Notes: generated by a model not told the origin, from the sequence alone. DNA of 64,000 nt from Octopus vulgaris (GCA_951406725.2 OX597814.1:107508001-107572000); one strand, 5' to 3'. Counted from the first letter of the stretch, positions 10,752 through 23,999 are shown. Numbers and translations: made by a program.

Positions 10752-12357
10752 TTAAAATTAGAGTTTAGACAGGAGACTTTAAAATGTCATGTCCAAACCT
10801 TATTTTGGGTATATCCCTAGCAGTGTGCTCTGAAAGCATGGTCACCACTAAGGTACTGCATTTTAGTTTGCGGATCTAATTAAGGAATTCCTTGGTGCAC
10901 GTTTAGTATATTTTAAATAACTGATAGTGAAGACAGAGTGTAGTAAGCACATGTAGCAATGTTGTGAATTTAAACTTATAGATCAATTCAAATATATTTG
11001 GGACAGATTTAACCTGTAAAAAAAAAAACAAAAAAAACCTATTGTCACTGGTTTAGGCAAAAGGTGTCAAAAACACCAAATCATTTCAGAGCAAACTGTT
11101 GGCCGACGAATTCCATTTCAAGCTTCTGCATACCAAGAAAAACAACTCTCTTGAATTCACAACACTGTTTTAAGTTCATTCTGAGTATAAGAATAAGAAC
11201 CCAGTACTACAACATTCTGCCAAACAACCTCAAGAGATTTGCCAGATTTACAAATGGCAGACTTTAAAACAAAGTCTGTATAAATTTTTATGAGATACCA
11301 GTTGAATCCAGAAACAGCACAGAAAAGAAACTCAAACACTCTGAAAGAATGGTGCTCAAGCATGGCCTTAGCCTCCGAATAAGGCCAGTAAAAGAGTCTG
11401 GCAGCATTGCTTGTAGGTCCACGTATAGATTTTGGTGATTTTTCTTTCAAGAAGTTATGACTCATTTCAGGTTGAAGAGAAGCTGTACCAATTCTGTAAT
11501 GGAGCCTAGTAATGAGTGCATTTTTCGTGCTGTTGAATAATGTTGGCCCCTATTCATTGGTGGATGGATTTTTGAGGTGTGGAATGAGTGGTTTGATGTG
11601 GGGCGTGTAAGGTTAGGATACAATCAGGGTTTGTATCCAGCAAACATCTTGTACCAAAGTGGAGATTTGTATGTAAATTCTGACTGTTAAAGTTCTGACG
11701 AAAAAAAAAATAAAATCATTTACTCTTACTTGTTTTAGTCATGTGACTGTGACCATGCTGGAGCACCGCCTTTGGTCGATCGAATCGACCCCAGGACTTA
11801 TTCTTTGTAAGCCTAGTACTTATTCTATCGGTCTCTTTTGCCGAACTGCTAAGTTACAGTGACGTAAACACAGACACACACACACACACATATATATATA
11901 GACAACATGCTTCTTTCAGGTGGCAGCAATCTTAGCAAGGATTCTGTGGCCATGAAAGTTTCCATCTGGAAGAACATTCTGATTTAATAAGAAAATCCAT
12001 CTGCACAGCAATCACAAATTCAACATTCTTGATAAAGACATCAACCAGCAACACATACCAGTTCACATCAAGATAGTAACTAGAAAAAAGCAAATGGTAA
12101 ACCTTTATCAATATGAACTCACCACTACCACCTGCCTAACTCCACTTAGCACCAGACCAATAGCCAGGTAGGTGTTTCGGTCTCACCTTAAATGAAAAAT
12201 CTGTCATTTATTATTGTAACCCTTGAAGGGAGGTTTCATAACTGTTGTCTGAACAACCATTGCAAGACAGAGATTCACCAAACTGCCAAGGACGTCAGCA
12301 CTTGCCACTATTTTTGATATAAAAAAAAAAAAACTACCAAAACCTTTTGTATTAATA

Positions 12358-12379
12358 TTTATTTGTATCACAATTTATT
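12358..12379 (-). promoter_or_regulatory. Candidate PPP4R1 polyadenylation signals (two AATAAA)
   Basis: TTTATT on + at 12358-12363 and 12374-12379, followed on the minus strand by a GT/T-rich tract; repeat-poor sequence between here and the stop suggests a 3' UTR of about 2.2 kb. Other AATAAA sites exist (e.g. near 13830). Confidence 0.4.
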
Positions 12380-14487
12380 GGATCGTCAATTCAAAGACAA
12401 AAGGCTCCAATTGACAGTAGAAAAAACCACAGGCCTTTTTATACACATGTCTGGAACCAACAAACTTGGTGGGACCATTCACTTTTATACATACTTCTTG
12501 TCTGGAACCAACAAGCTTGGTGGTGGATTTGGGGGGGGGGGAAACAAAGTCTGGTTGATTAGACATGAGGAAAGTACTGCCAAAAGCCGGTATTTGCATG
12601 TGGCTAATAACAGCACCAGCAATAATAGACTGGTAGAGAGAGAGAGCAAAATGGAGAGGTGTGGGACAGAAAAGAAAGAAAGGTCAGCAGTGGATGGGAT
12701 TTATGTTGAGAACCAGTAGTGGCAGCAGTGATGTAGAAATGGTTAAGAAGTATTGAATCAAACACCCACCCCCCACACATACACACATTTGAAATACAAC
12801 TTAGGAAGGTAAAGAGGCAGAGGAGAGAGAGAGAGAGAGAGAGAGAAAGCTACAAATTTACAGCCGTTAGAATGTCATTTCAGCAATCAACAAGATGAAC
12901 CAAATTCCATCGACAACAATGGTGCCGTGGTTTAACAAATGGAATAAAACTATAAAGTGCCAAAGCTGGCTGTGATTGCTCTCTGAATATCCAAGGAGCT
13001 GTTTAAGGATTCTCTATTGGAAATCACAATAATTATGTTAGTGTTGATGGTGGTAGTGGTGATGGTGGTCAGTGTAACATTTTTACTCCACCACTTTTCC
13101 CTGCTGTCTTATAATGGACTTAGCCTTCTTAGATAGGGGTCAGGGACCACATCTCACTCGCAGGAACAATGTGCTTTTTATTTAGGCACCTTTTTTTTTT
13201 CTCTTTCTTATTTTCTCAAAAACTGAATCTATTTCCTGAGAGTCCAATCAAACTGCAAGGGACATTTTTTTTTGTTCCGTTTTCTTTTTTTTTTTTAAGC
13301 TATAATAAATTCATAAATTGTGTTATTTTAAAATCCACTTCAAATATAACAACAATAATTTGAACCCAGTTTGAAGAATTAAATTGAAGAAACATGTATA
13401 ATGGCTACTAGATTTCAGGTGCAAACCAATTCAAAGACCTGCAAGCTTAAAAGGATGTTGGATTTTAAAGAGCCCCTTTAAAAGCAAACACCAAAGATGT
13501 GATCATTTAACAGATGAAGTTGAAACAGAGGAATCGATGAACCAAGGGGACAAGTTTTAGACAAGGAGCAGAAACAATTATTTTACTGCACCACAAAAAA
13601 CATTGTTCTCAGAATTTCAAACAAATTCCAGAGCATGGAATATTATAAGTCACCAAAATGGTGAGGAATCTTCACAACTGCTGCTGCCACTACTGTTGAA
13701 GCCAAACAGAGATGGAGTTTTTGAAAGGATGTTCCAGTGATTTAGGGCCAACAAAATTAAAAACAAGAAATCCCACCATTATGCAGGTTGTTTGTGCAAT
13801 CTGGGCAATTAATAATAATAATAATAATTTTATTTTTGATATATTTTAATTAAATGGGGGGAACAAAACATAAAAAATAAATGATTCATCTACAAATTTC
13901 ATTCAATAAAAATGGAAAATAAATCGACAGGGAGGAAAAACAAAATAAAATATGGTCATTAATATAATATAAATCTCCCTAAATTATATTTCTCCTCTTA
14001 ATTTGTTCAAAATAACAAAAAATTCATAATTTTCCAAACGGACTATAAATGGACCCAACAAGGAGATTTAGTTGGTAAGAATGAGAGATTGAAACAAATG
14101 ACTGTCATATAAGAATGCATCGTTTGTGTGTGTGTGGGTGGGTGCGTGTCTATATACATATAGAAACTGGTTTGCACACACACACACACAAACACACACT
14201 TCCGATTCTTCAGTCAGATTGTTTCTGTTCACTGATGCAGCCAAATGAAAAATAAAACGCCACTAAATATTTCAATAGGCTCTGATTTTGAAATTGGTCC
14301 TGTAGAAATGGAGGGAGGGATCATCAGCTAAGATTTAAAAACAGAAAAGAAAAAGAAAAAAAAAATGGAGCCATTTACAATGAATAAATTAAAAACTGCA
14401 ATTTTTCAGTCTCCCTAGAAATGTTTCCATCAACCCTTGGATAAAGAACAGGTTAGTTAATTACAATTGCATAGGGTTGACTCGTAG

Positions 14488-14495
14488 TATCACAG
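14488..14495 (-). promoter_or_regulatory. K-box / miR-2 family 8mer target site (CTGTGATA) in PPP4R1 3' UTR
   Basis: + strand TATCACAG; exact complement of miR-2 nt 2-8 plus A1; about 115 nt downstream of the stop. Confidence 0.6.
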
Positions 14496-14607
14496 ATGGA
14501 GGGCTAGTCGCAGTCAGGGCAAGGAGTGAGAGGGATGGGGCTAGATATAGACATCTTGTTTTGTTGATGCTGCTCTTGGTCCCTGCTGGTACAGTTTGTC
14601 AGCTTTA

Positions 14608-14619
14608 TCATACAGGAAC
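14608..14619 (-). CDS. PPP4R1: PPP4R1 last coding exon (VPV*)
   Basis: ttttcag|GTT CCT GTA TGA, phase 0 matching the upstream donor. Confidence 0.7.
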   Translation of the reverse strand, partial: VPV

Positions 14620-16528
14620 CTGAAAAAGCAAACACAATTACTGCCATTTAAAATCTTGTGGAAATTATGTAATTGAATTTTCAGTTTGGGGAATTCAGAA
14701 ACTAACAGTAAATGTAGAATCCTTAAAATAACACCTTACTGGCTTAGACCAATGGTTCCTAAACTTTTTTCAGGCTACCACCACCTTCACACCCTGTTCA
14801 CATTCCTAATAAACCCTGCCCCACTCATCACCACAAACACAGACCTCTTTCTGCAACAAATTCAAAACAACCATAATTCACAAATAAAACTCAACCTAGC
14901 GAACCCATTATTTTGTTCCCAGAACATCCAAAATAATGGGTTAATTAGGTCAAGTCCCTATTTCCATGATGGCTCTCTTTACTTGTCTGGGTTCCAGGCC
15001 TCTCTCCAGCAGGAAACAGATCACTGACCTAGATGGAACACCATGAGGCAGCTTGTCAGCTCTTGACAAGGGCCCCACTGACTAAATGTCAATATCTCAT
15101 TTTCTTTACCTGGTGGGAAATATCAAGCCTGTCCTTCCAATGTAACTACAATAACTGTTTTTTCTTTTTGGATTCTTCAAAAGCAGGAACATGTCTGCTC
15201 AAAGTGAGTGATGTTATTGTCTCCTCCGAGAAGACAAGTCTGCCCTTCAGGTCCACCTGCACCTCCCAGTCTGAGGCTGAATGCAAAATAGAAAACAGCC
15301 CCTTCCGTTGCATCTGCTTTGAGAGCTTAGTTACTTTTCCCTTAGGAATTCAACACCCTTTGGTGGCATAGGCCGGTGTTCATTCGTCTTCACCCTTTAT
15401 ATATGGGTGTTGGGGAGGAGTTTAAACCCCACTACCATAAAAGTTCACTTCCAATCATAAGTGAAAATATGCCTGGCCACTGGGGAAAATTCTATCTTGA
15501 TTGGAAACATTTGAAACAGAGAGGACATCCAGTGGTAGACAATCCACTTCAACAAATTCTGTGTGATCCAGTCAACTGAGTCTCTATTCTGTAAGAGCCA
15601 AAGGCTATTATTTTGAGACCATAAAGTGACACATCACAGGAAACAAATCCATGTCGAAGGGGCTTTTATAGCAAAAAGAGAAAAAACCCAGTTACAGTTA
15701 TTTTACCCCCTCAAAGCATCAAACAGGTTTAACTATTTCATTAATCCTCCTGCCTGTACATGGCTTAGTGGTTAGGGTGTCCGGATATTTCAAGAATTTT
15801 TCTAACAACTTCCAGCTAGGTTACAACCCCTAACTGTAATTAAACCCACAAATATATATATATACACACACACACCACGCCCGGATGTGCTTTTAACGTT
15901 TCACTGGCATGAGTGCCAATCAGGTGATACTGTCAACGGCCACATCAGCAATTTTGATTTCATTTGCCTCAATAGGTCTTCACAAGCAAAGTCCATTGTC
16001 CAATGAATGAGGGGTATTCATAAGTGGGCTGGTTACACATACTGGCATAGGCCATGGTCTCACTTGGCTTGTCAGGCCTTCTCAAGCACAGCTTATCTCC
16101 AAAGATCTTGGTCACTAGTCATTGCCTTGGTAAGGCCCAATGTTGAGTACCCTCATTCATTGGACAATAAACTTTATTTGCAAAGACCTATTGAGGCAAG
16201 TGAAATCAAATCAAAATTGTTGACGTGGGGCCGATGACAGTACCGCCTGACTGGCACGTGTGCCAGTGGAACGTTAAGAGCACATCTGAGTGTGATCATT
16301 GTCAGGGCCACAGATTGGTTCCTGTGCCAGTGGCACATAAAAAGCACCATTCAAGCGTTATTGTTGCCAGCGTCACCTTACTGGCATGTGAAAAACAACA
16401 TTTGAGTGTAGTCATCAGTCAAACCACCCAGCCCATGCCAGCATGCAAAGAGGATGTTGATGATCATTTACATATATGAAGACAATTTCAATGGAAAAAA
16501 TAATGAATAGGTAAATAAAGAATCTTAC

Positions 16529-16686
16529 CGTATCCTGGCAAGTATTTTCTTCATGACTATCTTCTTGGAATTTGTTAGGTGCCAAAGCTGAGAAATAACG
16601 CACATCCTTGTCTTTATCAACCTGAAGTTTAAGCATGGTTTCAACTAGTCGTTCATAATGTGGGTTTTTACGTGAAACCAAATAAT
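16529..16686 (-). CDS. PPP4R1: PPP4R1 exon (DYLVSRKNPHYERLVETMLKLQVDKDKDVRYFSA...QDT)
   Basis: AG/GT boundaries, 158 nt, phase 1 to 0; resembles the PPP4R1 C-terminal LQ.D.D.DV.YFA motif. Confidence 0.9.
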
Positions 16687-18139
16687 CTGAAAAATATTCA
16701 GTAAATCAAATGCATTAGTTTCTATAGAAACAGCCAACAACAACATTAAGCAGCTTCTTGGAGAGATTATTTACAAGAAACTTTCGGTGAAACACATGGG
16801 GTTTATCCAACAGTGAAGGAGGACTATAAGACCCTAGTCCCCTTTACAAAAAGAGATGCAAATATTGCAGCGATTAAGTATAGAATGTAGCAAGATTTAT
16901 AGAACCTAGAAACAACTGACTGGATGCAGTTGAGTTAGAACGCAAAGGGGGTTTATGGAGAAGCCTACCCACTCAATGCTCAGTTCATATCCTCTCTGAT
17001 ATCTTGGAAAGTATGTCCCAATACAGTGTCACTGTGATTTTAGCTTGTTTCCACCCAACCCAATATAATGCAAGACAGCCATGTATTACCTCTACAGCAA
17101 GACACTCATGTCTATCTCTCCATCGTATTTTGAGCCCCTCAATAATTGGCATAAAGTCACCCCACCCACAACTACGACCCTATTCAGTTGTGGGGCTTCG
17201 TTTTTCTTGGCCCTGCAAGTCACTGTTTTTTTTCATTGTTGAAGACACTTTCATGTTAAAAAGAAAAGAAATTAATCCAATAAACTATTGCTGTGCTTTT
17301 CTTTAGGCATTGGCCAGAAGTGTGTTGCCCTATACGTGGGGGTTGCTGCCATCACCATGGTGCGTTTCACAAATAATCACAGTTTAACTGAAGACCATAG
17401 TGCTCTTCACTTAAACCACCAATTAGGTGGCTACTGCCTGGTGATTTGGTTTAACAATGGGTGTGAGTATTTCACTTGACTGCAAGAACTTAGTGTGTGC
17501 CCATCAGGCACTGCCTGGTTGCGTGAATGGGGATTTGGTAAGTATAACAAAATTTTTCTTATAGCTAAATTTCCAAAATCAGAGAATACCTTACACAATG
17601 TGGGCCCTACCAGGTCACAAAATATGATCTTGGCAACCTCAGACAGCTGAAGAGTCCATGCCAGAGCAGACATTTGAAGCTTAATGCATCTTTGTCAAAC
17701 CATCTTTGCCAACCATGCCAGCATGGATGATAAGAACAGTGAATGGCTGGTCATATCAGTATGAACGAGAAAATGCCTAATTAGAGATATAATAACGAAT
17801 GTCTACTCCTAAGAAACACAAGCAGTAGGAGCTAATTAAAATCTTTTTTCCTCACTACAATGAGAATTTGATAGGGTGGTGGTTCAACACTTAATTGGAG
17901 GGGAACCGAGAGTAAAAACAGAATTTCAGTTGGGGGTGAGCCAGCAATACGAGTTAGAGTTGCAGCACTCTGAAAAACTAGAGTTTTGGTACAGGGCAAC
18001 TGAAAGAAGCCTGTTACACACAGGCGGCACAGGAGACTTAGCAGTTTCTCAGCTCTTGAAAATTTTTTTCATGTGTTCAAAGGTAGGGAGAGATAACTCA
18101 GGTGAGAGATTTATATAAAACTCAACCTGAGCCCCATCC

Positions 18140-18492
18140 TAGTAGGGTGCTAAAAGCACCACCCGAGCGCCCAACTGGCTTCTGTGCCAGTGGCATGTAA
18201 AAGGAACCATTAAAACGTGATCGTTACCAGCACCTGTGCCGTTGGCGTGTGTAAAAAATTTGAGCGAGGTTGTTGCCAGTATCACCTGGCTGCCCCCTCC
18301 CCCTGCTGGTGGCACATAAAAGCACCCACTACACTCAGCGGTGGTTGGCATTAGGAAGGGTATGCAGCTGTAAGAACTCTGCCAGAACAAGATTGGAACC
18401 TGGTGCAGCCATCTGGTTCACCAGCCCTCAGTCAAACCATCCAACCCATGCTAGCATGCAAAGCGGATGTTAAACGACGATGATGATGATGA
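18140..18492 (+). mobile_element. RTE 3'-end-derived repeat
   Basis: Homologous to 5200-5608, with (TGA)n tail. Confidence 0.8.
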
Positions 18493-19933
18493 AACTGTTT
18501 GACTCAAGGAGTGAAATAATGGACAAAACAAGAACTTCACAAAACCTCAGCAACATAGAAGCTACATTTACAATGTTGTTGACTCAATTTTTTCTTTCAC
18601 ACAGAAGTCTCAGTTATACGCAGACACATTTCAAGTTTATAGAGTTTGTATATAGACACTGTGCTGGTGGCACATAAAAGCACCAATTTCACTCTTGGAG
18701 TGGTTGGCATTGTGTTCTATGGCATCCAGCCATAGAAACCATGCTAAATCACACTGGTGCAGCCTTCCAGCCTTGGTCAAACTGTCCAACCTATGCCAGC
18801 ATGGACAACTAAATGATGATGACTGTTCACACACACACTTTTCAGGTAAGCAGGCCATATACAGGCACTGCCACTCATCTTTTATGTTTCGTCTTTTACT
18901 TGTTTCAATCATTGGACAGCAGCCACACTGGGACACAGCCTTGGAGATATTTTAGTCAAGTAAATCAACACCCGTACTATTTTAAAGCCTCAGAAATGTC
19001 CAATCTCTGAGGAAAATGCCAATTCAAAGATGATGAGACATGAAAGGTGAGGGAGACACAAACACTTTCAAGCACATACAAATATACACGCATCTAACTG
19101 ACCCTGAAGACACACGGGTGAGAAGCAAACTTTTTGACCACACAACCATGCCCGCACCCAAGAGTAGTGGGGGGAGGGGGGTTTCTGGCCTCTGACCAAC
19201 ATTTATTTTGCTGCAGGGAATCGTGCCTTTTCACTTTTCCATGATTGCAGTAAGTCAGATGACATTTGGTAAGGCAGATGTCCTTCCCGTCACCAAATCA
19301 CAATTGCTACAGGTATATCAAATACCATATAACATAAATGCTTGGTTTACTGAAATCATTTCTGCCTGTAGAGGATTTACCATTATTAACAAATGGCAAC
19401 AAAGACCAGCACCACTCAAGATGGCGAAATAATCACAAGAATGAAGAACTCCCGAAATTTGACATGTCATTCAAGAAATAGCATGTTTCAATGTCTGGAG
19501 ATAAGAGGATTGTTGTGGATTAGTTTTCTGCCTTAGAAGATATCAACAGCACACAAGACAGGGACATCATCATTCTTTAACGTCCACTTTCCATGCTGTC
19601 ATGGGTTGGACAGATTGACTGGGGATTGGCAAGCCAGTAGGCTGCGCCAGGCTACACAAGAGAGTGTGTGTGTGTGTGTGTAATAGGCTTCTTTCAGTTC
19701 CACTAACAAATTCCAAGAAGGCTTTAGTCAAAGGCAGAGCCCAAGGTAGTCCAAGGTGCCATACAATGAAATTGAACCTGAAGCCATGTCGTCAGCTGGC
19801 AGATTTAAACACACAGCCAAGCTTGCACTTAGGTGTTGACAGGAGATTATTTTCAGCTGCATCCAAGAAAAGGACAAGAGTTTCTTCATGGATTTCAAAA
19901 TTTAATTCTGGTTGAGCTGTAGAGCTCTGGAAA

Positions 19934-20450
19934 TCATCATCATCATCATTTAATGTCTGTTTTCCATGCTAACATGGGCTGGACAGTTCAACCGGGATCT
20001 GGGAGGCCAGAAGGCTGCACCAGGTCCCAGTCTGATCTGGCAAAGTTTCTACAGCTGGATGCCCTTAACGCCAACCACTCCGTAAGTGCTTTTTATGTGC
20101 CACTGGCACAGGGGCCAGATGAGGCTGGCAAACGGCCACGATCGGTTGGTGCTTTTATGTGCCACCGACATGGACGCCTGTCAGACGGCACTGACATCTG
20201 CCACATTCAAACAGTGCCTTTTACGTGTCACCGGCACGGGTATCTTAACGATTTCCATTTGATTTATATTTTGATGTTGACTCAATAGGTCTCCTCAAGA
20301 ACAGCGAGTCACTCTACGATCCAAGGTTAGCACAGCAAGATGTCCTGCGAGCCATGAACTCACTTCATTTGTCGGGTCTTCAGTCGCAGCATATCCCAGA
20401 GGCCTCAGTCTTCGTCATTTCCTCTGTGAGGCCCCACCAGCACGGGTATC
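19934..20450 (-). mobile_element. RTE 3'-end-derived repeat
   Basis: (TCA)n then reverse complement of the 5200-5608 module. Confidence 0.8.
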
Positions 20451-20650
20451 ACAACTACAAAATCCGATTTATTCATACAATTCCGGCACGAAATACTTCA
20501 TTTCACAACCTGAAAATGCCCTTATTTCTACAATACAAATTTGAAGCTATTTGTTAGCAGCAAGAATTTGCCTCCCTCACAAAACGCAGTCAATGCTTTT
20601 CTTACAGGTTCAGCTATGTCGAATGTATATGAATTGATAAGTTTATATTT

Positions 20651-21139
20651 CAATTCTATATTTAAGAGATGGGGTATTATTTACATTTGACAAATATTTG
20701 GTCATCTTGTTTGTTGTTAACACAACGTTTCGGCTGATATACCCTCCAGCCTTCATCATGTGCCTAAAAGAAGCAATACATATGCTAGGACACAACAACC
20801 TCCTAAGCAGACTGAGTGCAGATATGAATAGCATATAGGAACCGGTATTGAGGAAGGATAGGAAAATATCAGATTTATAAGCCCTAAAATTCACTCCACA
20901 ATTGCCCACAGGCACATGGTCTACTGGCTAAGAGCACGGGCTACTAACCCCAAGATTCTGAGTTTGATTCCAGGCAGTGACCTGAATAATAATAATAATA
21001 ATAATAAATACCTTAGGAATGCGAACGCAGGTTTGAAATTTCCCCAAGACACCTGATGAAAGCTGAAGGGTATATCAGTCGAAACGTTGTGTTAACAACA
21101 AACAAGATGAGGACAAATATCCATCAAAAGTAAACAATG
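20651..21139 (+). mobile_element. tRNA-headed element with Penelope-like hammerhead terminal repeat in inverted arrangement
   Basis: Inverted arms about 20675-20760 and 21050-21138; tRNA-like A/B boxes at 20911-20982; CTGATGA..GAAAC core at 21053-21085; 13-bp direct repeat TAAGTTTATATTT at 20638-20650 and 21140-21152. Confidence 0.75.
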
Positions 21140-21264
21140 TAAGTTTATATTTGTGCAAGTCACTGCGCAGTGCTTCTAACGCGGGTTCTTTACTTGACCT
21201 ACAAACTTCCATGTGAAATTATATTCTAAACAACAGTCTAATGAGGGCAAAGATATTTTACTTA

Positions 21265-22525
21265 AGCCTTTTGTTACTATATTTTTAAGTAGAACACACA
21301 CCTTATGAGTTTCGAATACATTTCAAAATAATCACGAATTTAGACTGGTTTCATTAAAAAACTAACTTTTCAATATATTAATGTGATTTTTGGAACACAA
21401 AGAAAAGGTTCTTAATTCTATTGCACAACTTTTGTCTCAAAGTGACTATTACAGGTAAACAGCAATCATTTTTCTCAATTTGTTTACTTCCTGCGTAACT
21501 ATTTCCACAGTGATTACAAGCTTACATTTGCTTAATTTCTCTATATCTTCCGTAGAAAAACTCTCAAATTCAGAATTGTTACTCGATAGCACTAAACTGT
21601 ATTCCATTTTAAAAGCAGGGGGGAGACAATTGCCAGAGAAAAAAGCACGAAAAAAATCTCCCAAAATTTGCACAGCTCAGATATCACACCAAAGAATGTC
21701 GGCTACTGTAACTTGACTATTCTCAAAGTGAAATCATGTATTTTCATGAATGTACTAACGAGATTTCTCGGCCTGCCCCAAGACTTCAAGGTTTGTGACG
21801 AAGTCACACCCGTGTATGTTGAGGATGGTGCGTAGACATCATTGGTGGAAGCACACGAGGAGATGGATGTGACTGCGGTAAGTGATCCAGGTCTCTAAGC
21901 CGTAGAGAAGAGTGGTGAGAACCATGGCCCTGTAGACACTGATCTTTGTTTTGTTCTTCAGGTTATTATTGCGCTAAGACGTTTGTACAATCTGCCAAAG
22001 GACCTATTTGCCTTAGAGAGTCTGTTTTCAATATCTTTGTCGATCCGATGGGCAGGGCATGTCTCCAGAATGGAAAACCATCACCTTCCTAAGATCGCCC
22101 TGTTTGGTGAAATCTCCACCGGCCACCGTGTGAGAGGATCTCCAAGGAAGTGCTACAAAGACTGCTTCAAGAAGTCTTTAACAGCATGTCATGTTAACCA
22201 CCAATGCTGGTCAGACCTGGCTGGAGACTGTGATGTCTGGTGCCACATGATCTTCAACGAAGTCAGCAAGTCTGAGAAACAAAGAGACGCAGGAGGAAAG
22301 CGCGAGCCGCCTCTGACACCACACCAGATGCTACCTTCATCTGTGGACTCTGCTCACGGACCTGCCTTTCCCACATCGAACTTTTCAGTCATGAGCATGC
22401 ATGCATGCAACGTGGACAGCCTTCCTGATCTTCGTTCGCAAAGCCGAGCCATGATCATGAACGAGATTTAAATATCAAAAGGTTCACATAGCCAGTTTTG
22501 GCCGGGTTGGAAACAAAAGGGCTAA
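21265..22525 (-). mobile_element. Degenerate piggyBac-like non-autonomous element (interrupted by the RTE fragment)
   Basis: Similar to 9780-10751 and 35598-36997; degenerate TTAA/CCCTTT-type ends. Confidence 0.65.
21767..22459 (+). mobile_element. 5'-truncated, 5'-inverted RTE/BovB-type LINE fragment nested in a piggyBac-like element
   Basis: Minus part: DKDIENRLSKANRSFGRLYKR..KISVYRAMVLTTLLYG.ETW; plus part: IRWAGHVSRM..LPKIALFGE..RGSPRK; TSD AACGAGATTT at 21757-21766 and 22460-22469. Confidence 0.82.
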
Positions 22526-22657
22526 ATTCATTATTTTCAAAATTAATCGAACGAAAGGCAACAGAAATATGGGAAGAAAAGTGTTAACACATTACAAGAC
22601 GGCATAACAGTGCAACAACAGCATTAATTAATGAAGATGAATCGTTAAACAACTTAC

Positions 22658-22818
22658 CTACAGAAAGAACACATTGAGACAGAGTTTTACTTGAAGTGAT
22701 TCTGACATTAGGTATGATATCTGTTGCTAAGTCGAGAAGACTTGGAAGAAAATCTACAGCAAAACGCTCTGGAGGAATGCTATTATCTTCTAAAATGGAC
22801 CAGCAAAGGTGAGCATAT
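22658..22818 (-). CDS. PPP4R1: PPP4R1 exon (YAHLCWSILEDNSIPPERFAVDFLPSLLDLATDIIPNVR..)
   Basis: 161 nt, phase 2 to 1; HEAT repeat with D..PNVR. Confidence 0.92.
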
Positions 22819-23999
22819 CTAGAAATTAAAACAGGAATTTGGCTTTTGTAATAACTTACTTCACATATCACAGAAAAACCTGGAAATCCAGTCTTTAAAA
22901 TGAAGGCATTCATACTAACAACACAGCAAACATTTTGGTAGATTAGCCAGATGGAATTCAACTATTCTGAACCATTCCTTCATTTAGTAGGATCTTGGAA
23001 TTTTGTCTCTTCTCTTTCACTTACTGTGGCCATGTTGGGACAATATCTTGATGAATTTTAGTCAAACAAATCCACCATGCTCTCTTTTGCTGAATTGGTA
23101 TGTTAGGGGACACAAACACACTAGCACCAATTGTCAAACATGTGTGTGACAGACACATGTACATACATACACCAAGCTTCTTTCAGTTTCCCTCTACAAA
23201 TCCACTCACAATGCTTTGGTCAGCCTGAGGTGCCACCCAGTGGGACTGAACCCAGAATCACATGGTTGGAAAGTAAACTTCTTACCACACAGCCGCACCT
23301 ACACCTGAAAACTAACCCTAAATCTGATGTTCACTTTTCCATGTCAGAATAGATCAGGTGGAGTCTGAGGAAAATTTTCTACACCTGGATACCCTTCATG
23401 GCTGCCAGCATCATCTGTTTCTAAGCAAGGTAGTATTTCCCCGTGGCCAAACATATCTGTCATTGAAGACAAGGAACGAACATCACTCATCTGGCTAAAA
23501 CTCATTTACAAGAATCAAATCATGTCAAGACAACGCTACAAATACAAACCTGCATTCATTTGCACACAGAATGGGATTCTTCTCGGCTTCCATTCCAGAC
23601 TTGCAAGGTTTTCAATAGTAATGGGGTGACAGTAGAAGATACTTGCTCAAGGTGTTGCACAGCCATGAATGGGAAACAAACTTCTTAAACACACAGCCAT
23701 ACCTTGTTACATAACAACGACAATAATAGTTTCAAATTTTGGAACAAGGCCAGTAATTTCAAGGAAAGGGTTTAAGTTGATTTTATAAGCCCCAGTGTTC
23801 AACCGGTATTACCTTTCATCGACCCCAAAACAATGAATGGCAAAGGTGACCTCAACAGAATTTGAACTCTGAAAAGGAGAGCAGAATGCACAGATAAAAT
23901 GCCACTTGTCCAGCATGACAATGATTCTGCCAGGTGGTCACCTGAAGAATATTGGAAATCTGTAAAACAATGCAAATTGATAAGGCTTTTGTTACTTAC

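Noticed and set aside
14541-14618. Alternative longer last-exon frame FLYDKADKLYQQGPRAASTKQDVYI*
   Set aside because: Needs a different intron phase; the upstream donor at 16529 is phase 0, giving VPV*.
20911-20982. Functional tRNA gene (also 45900-45970)
   Set aside because: Poor acceptor stem, atypical ACT anticodon, embedded in a repeated element; treated as a SINE-type head.
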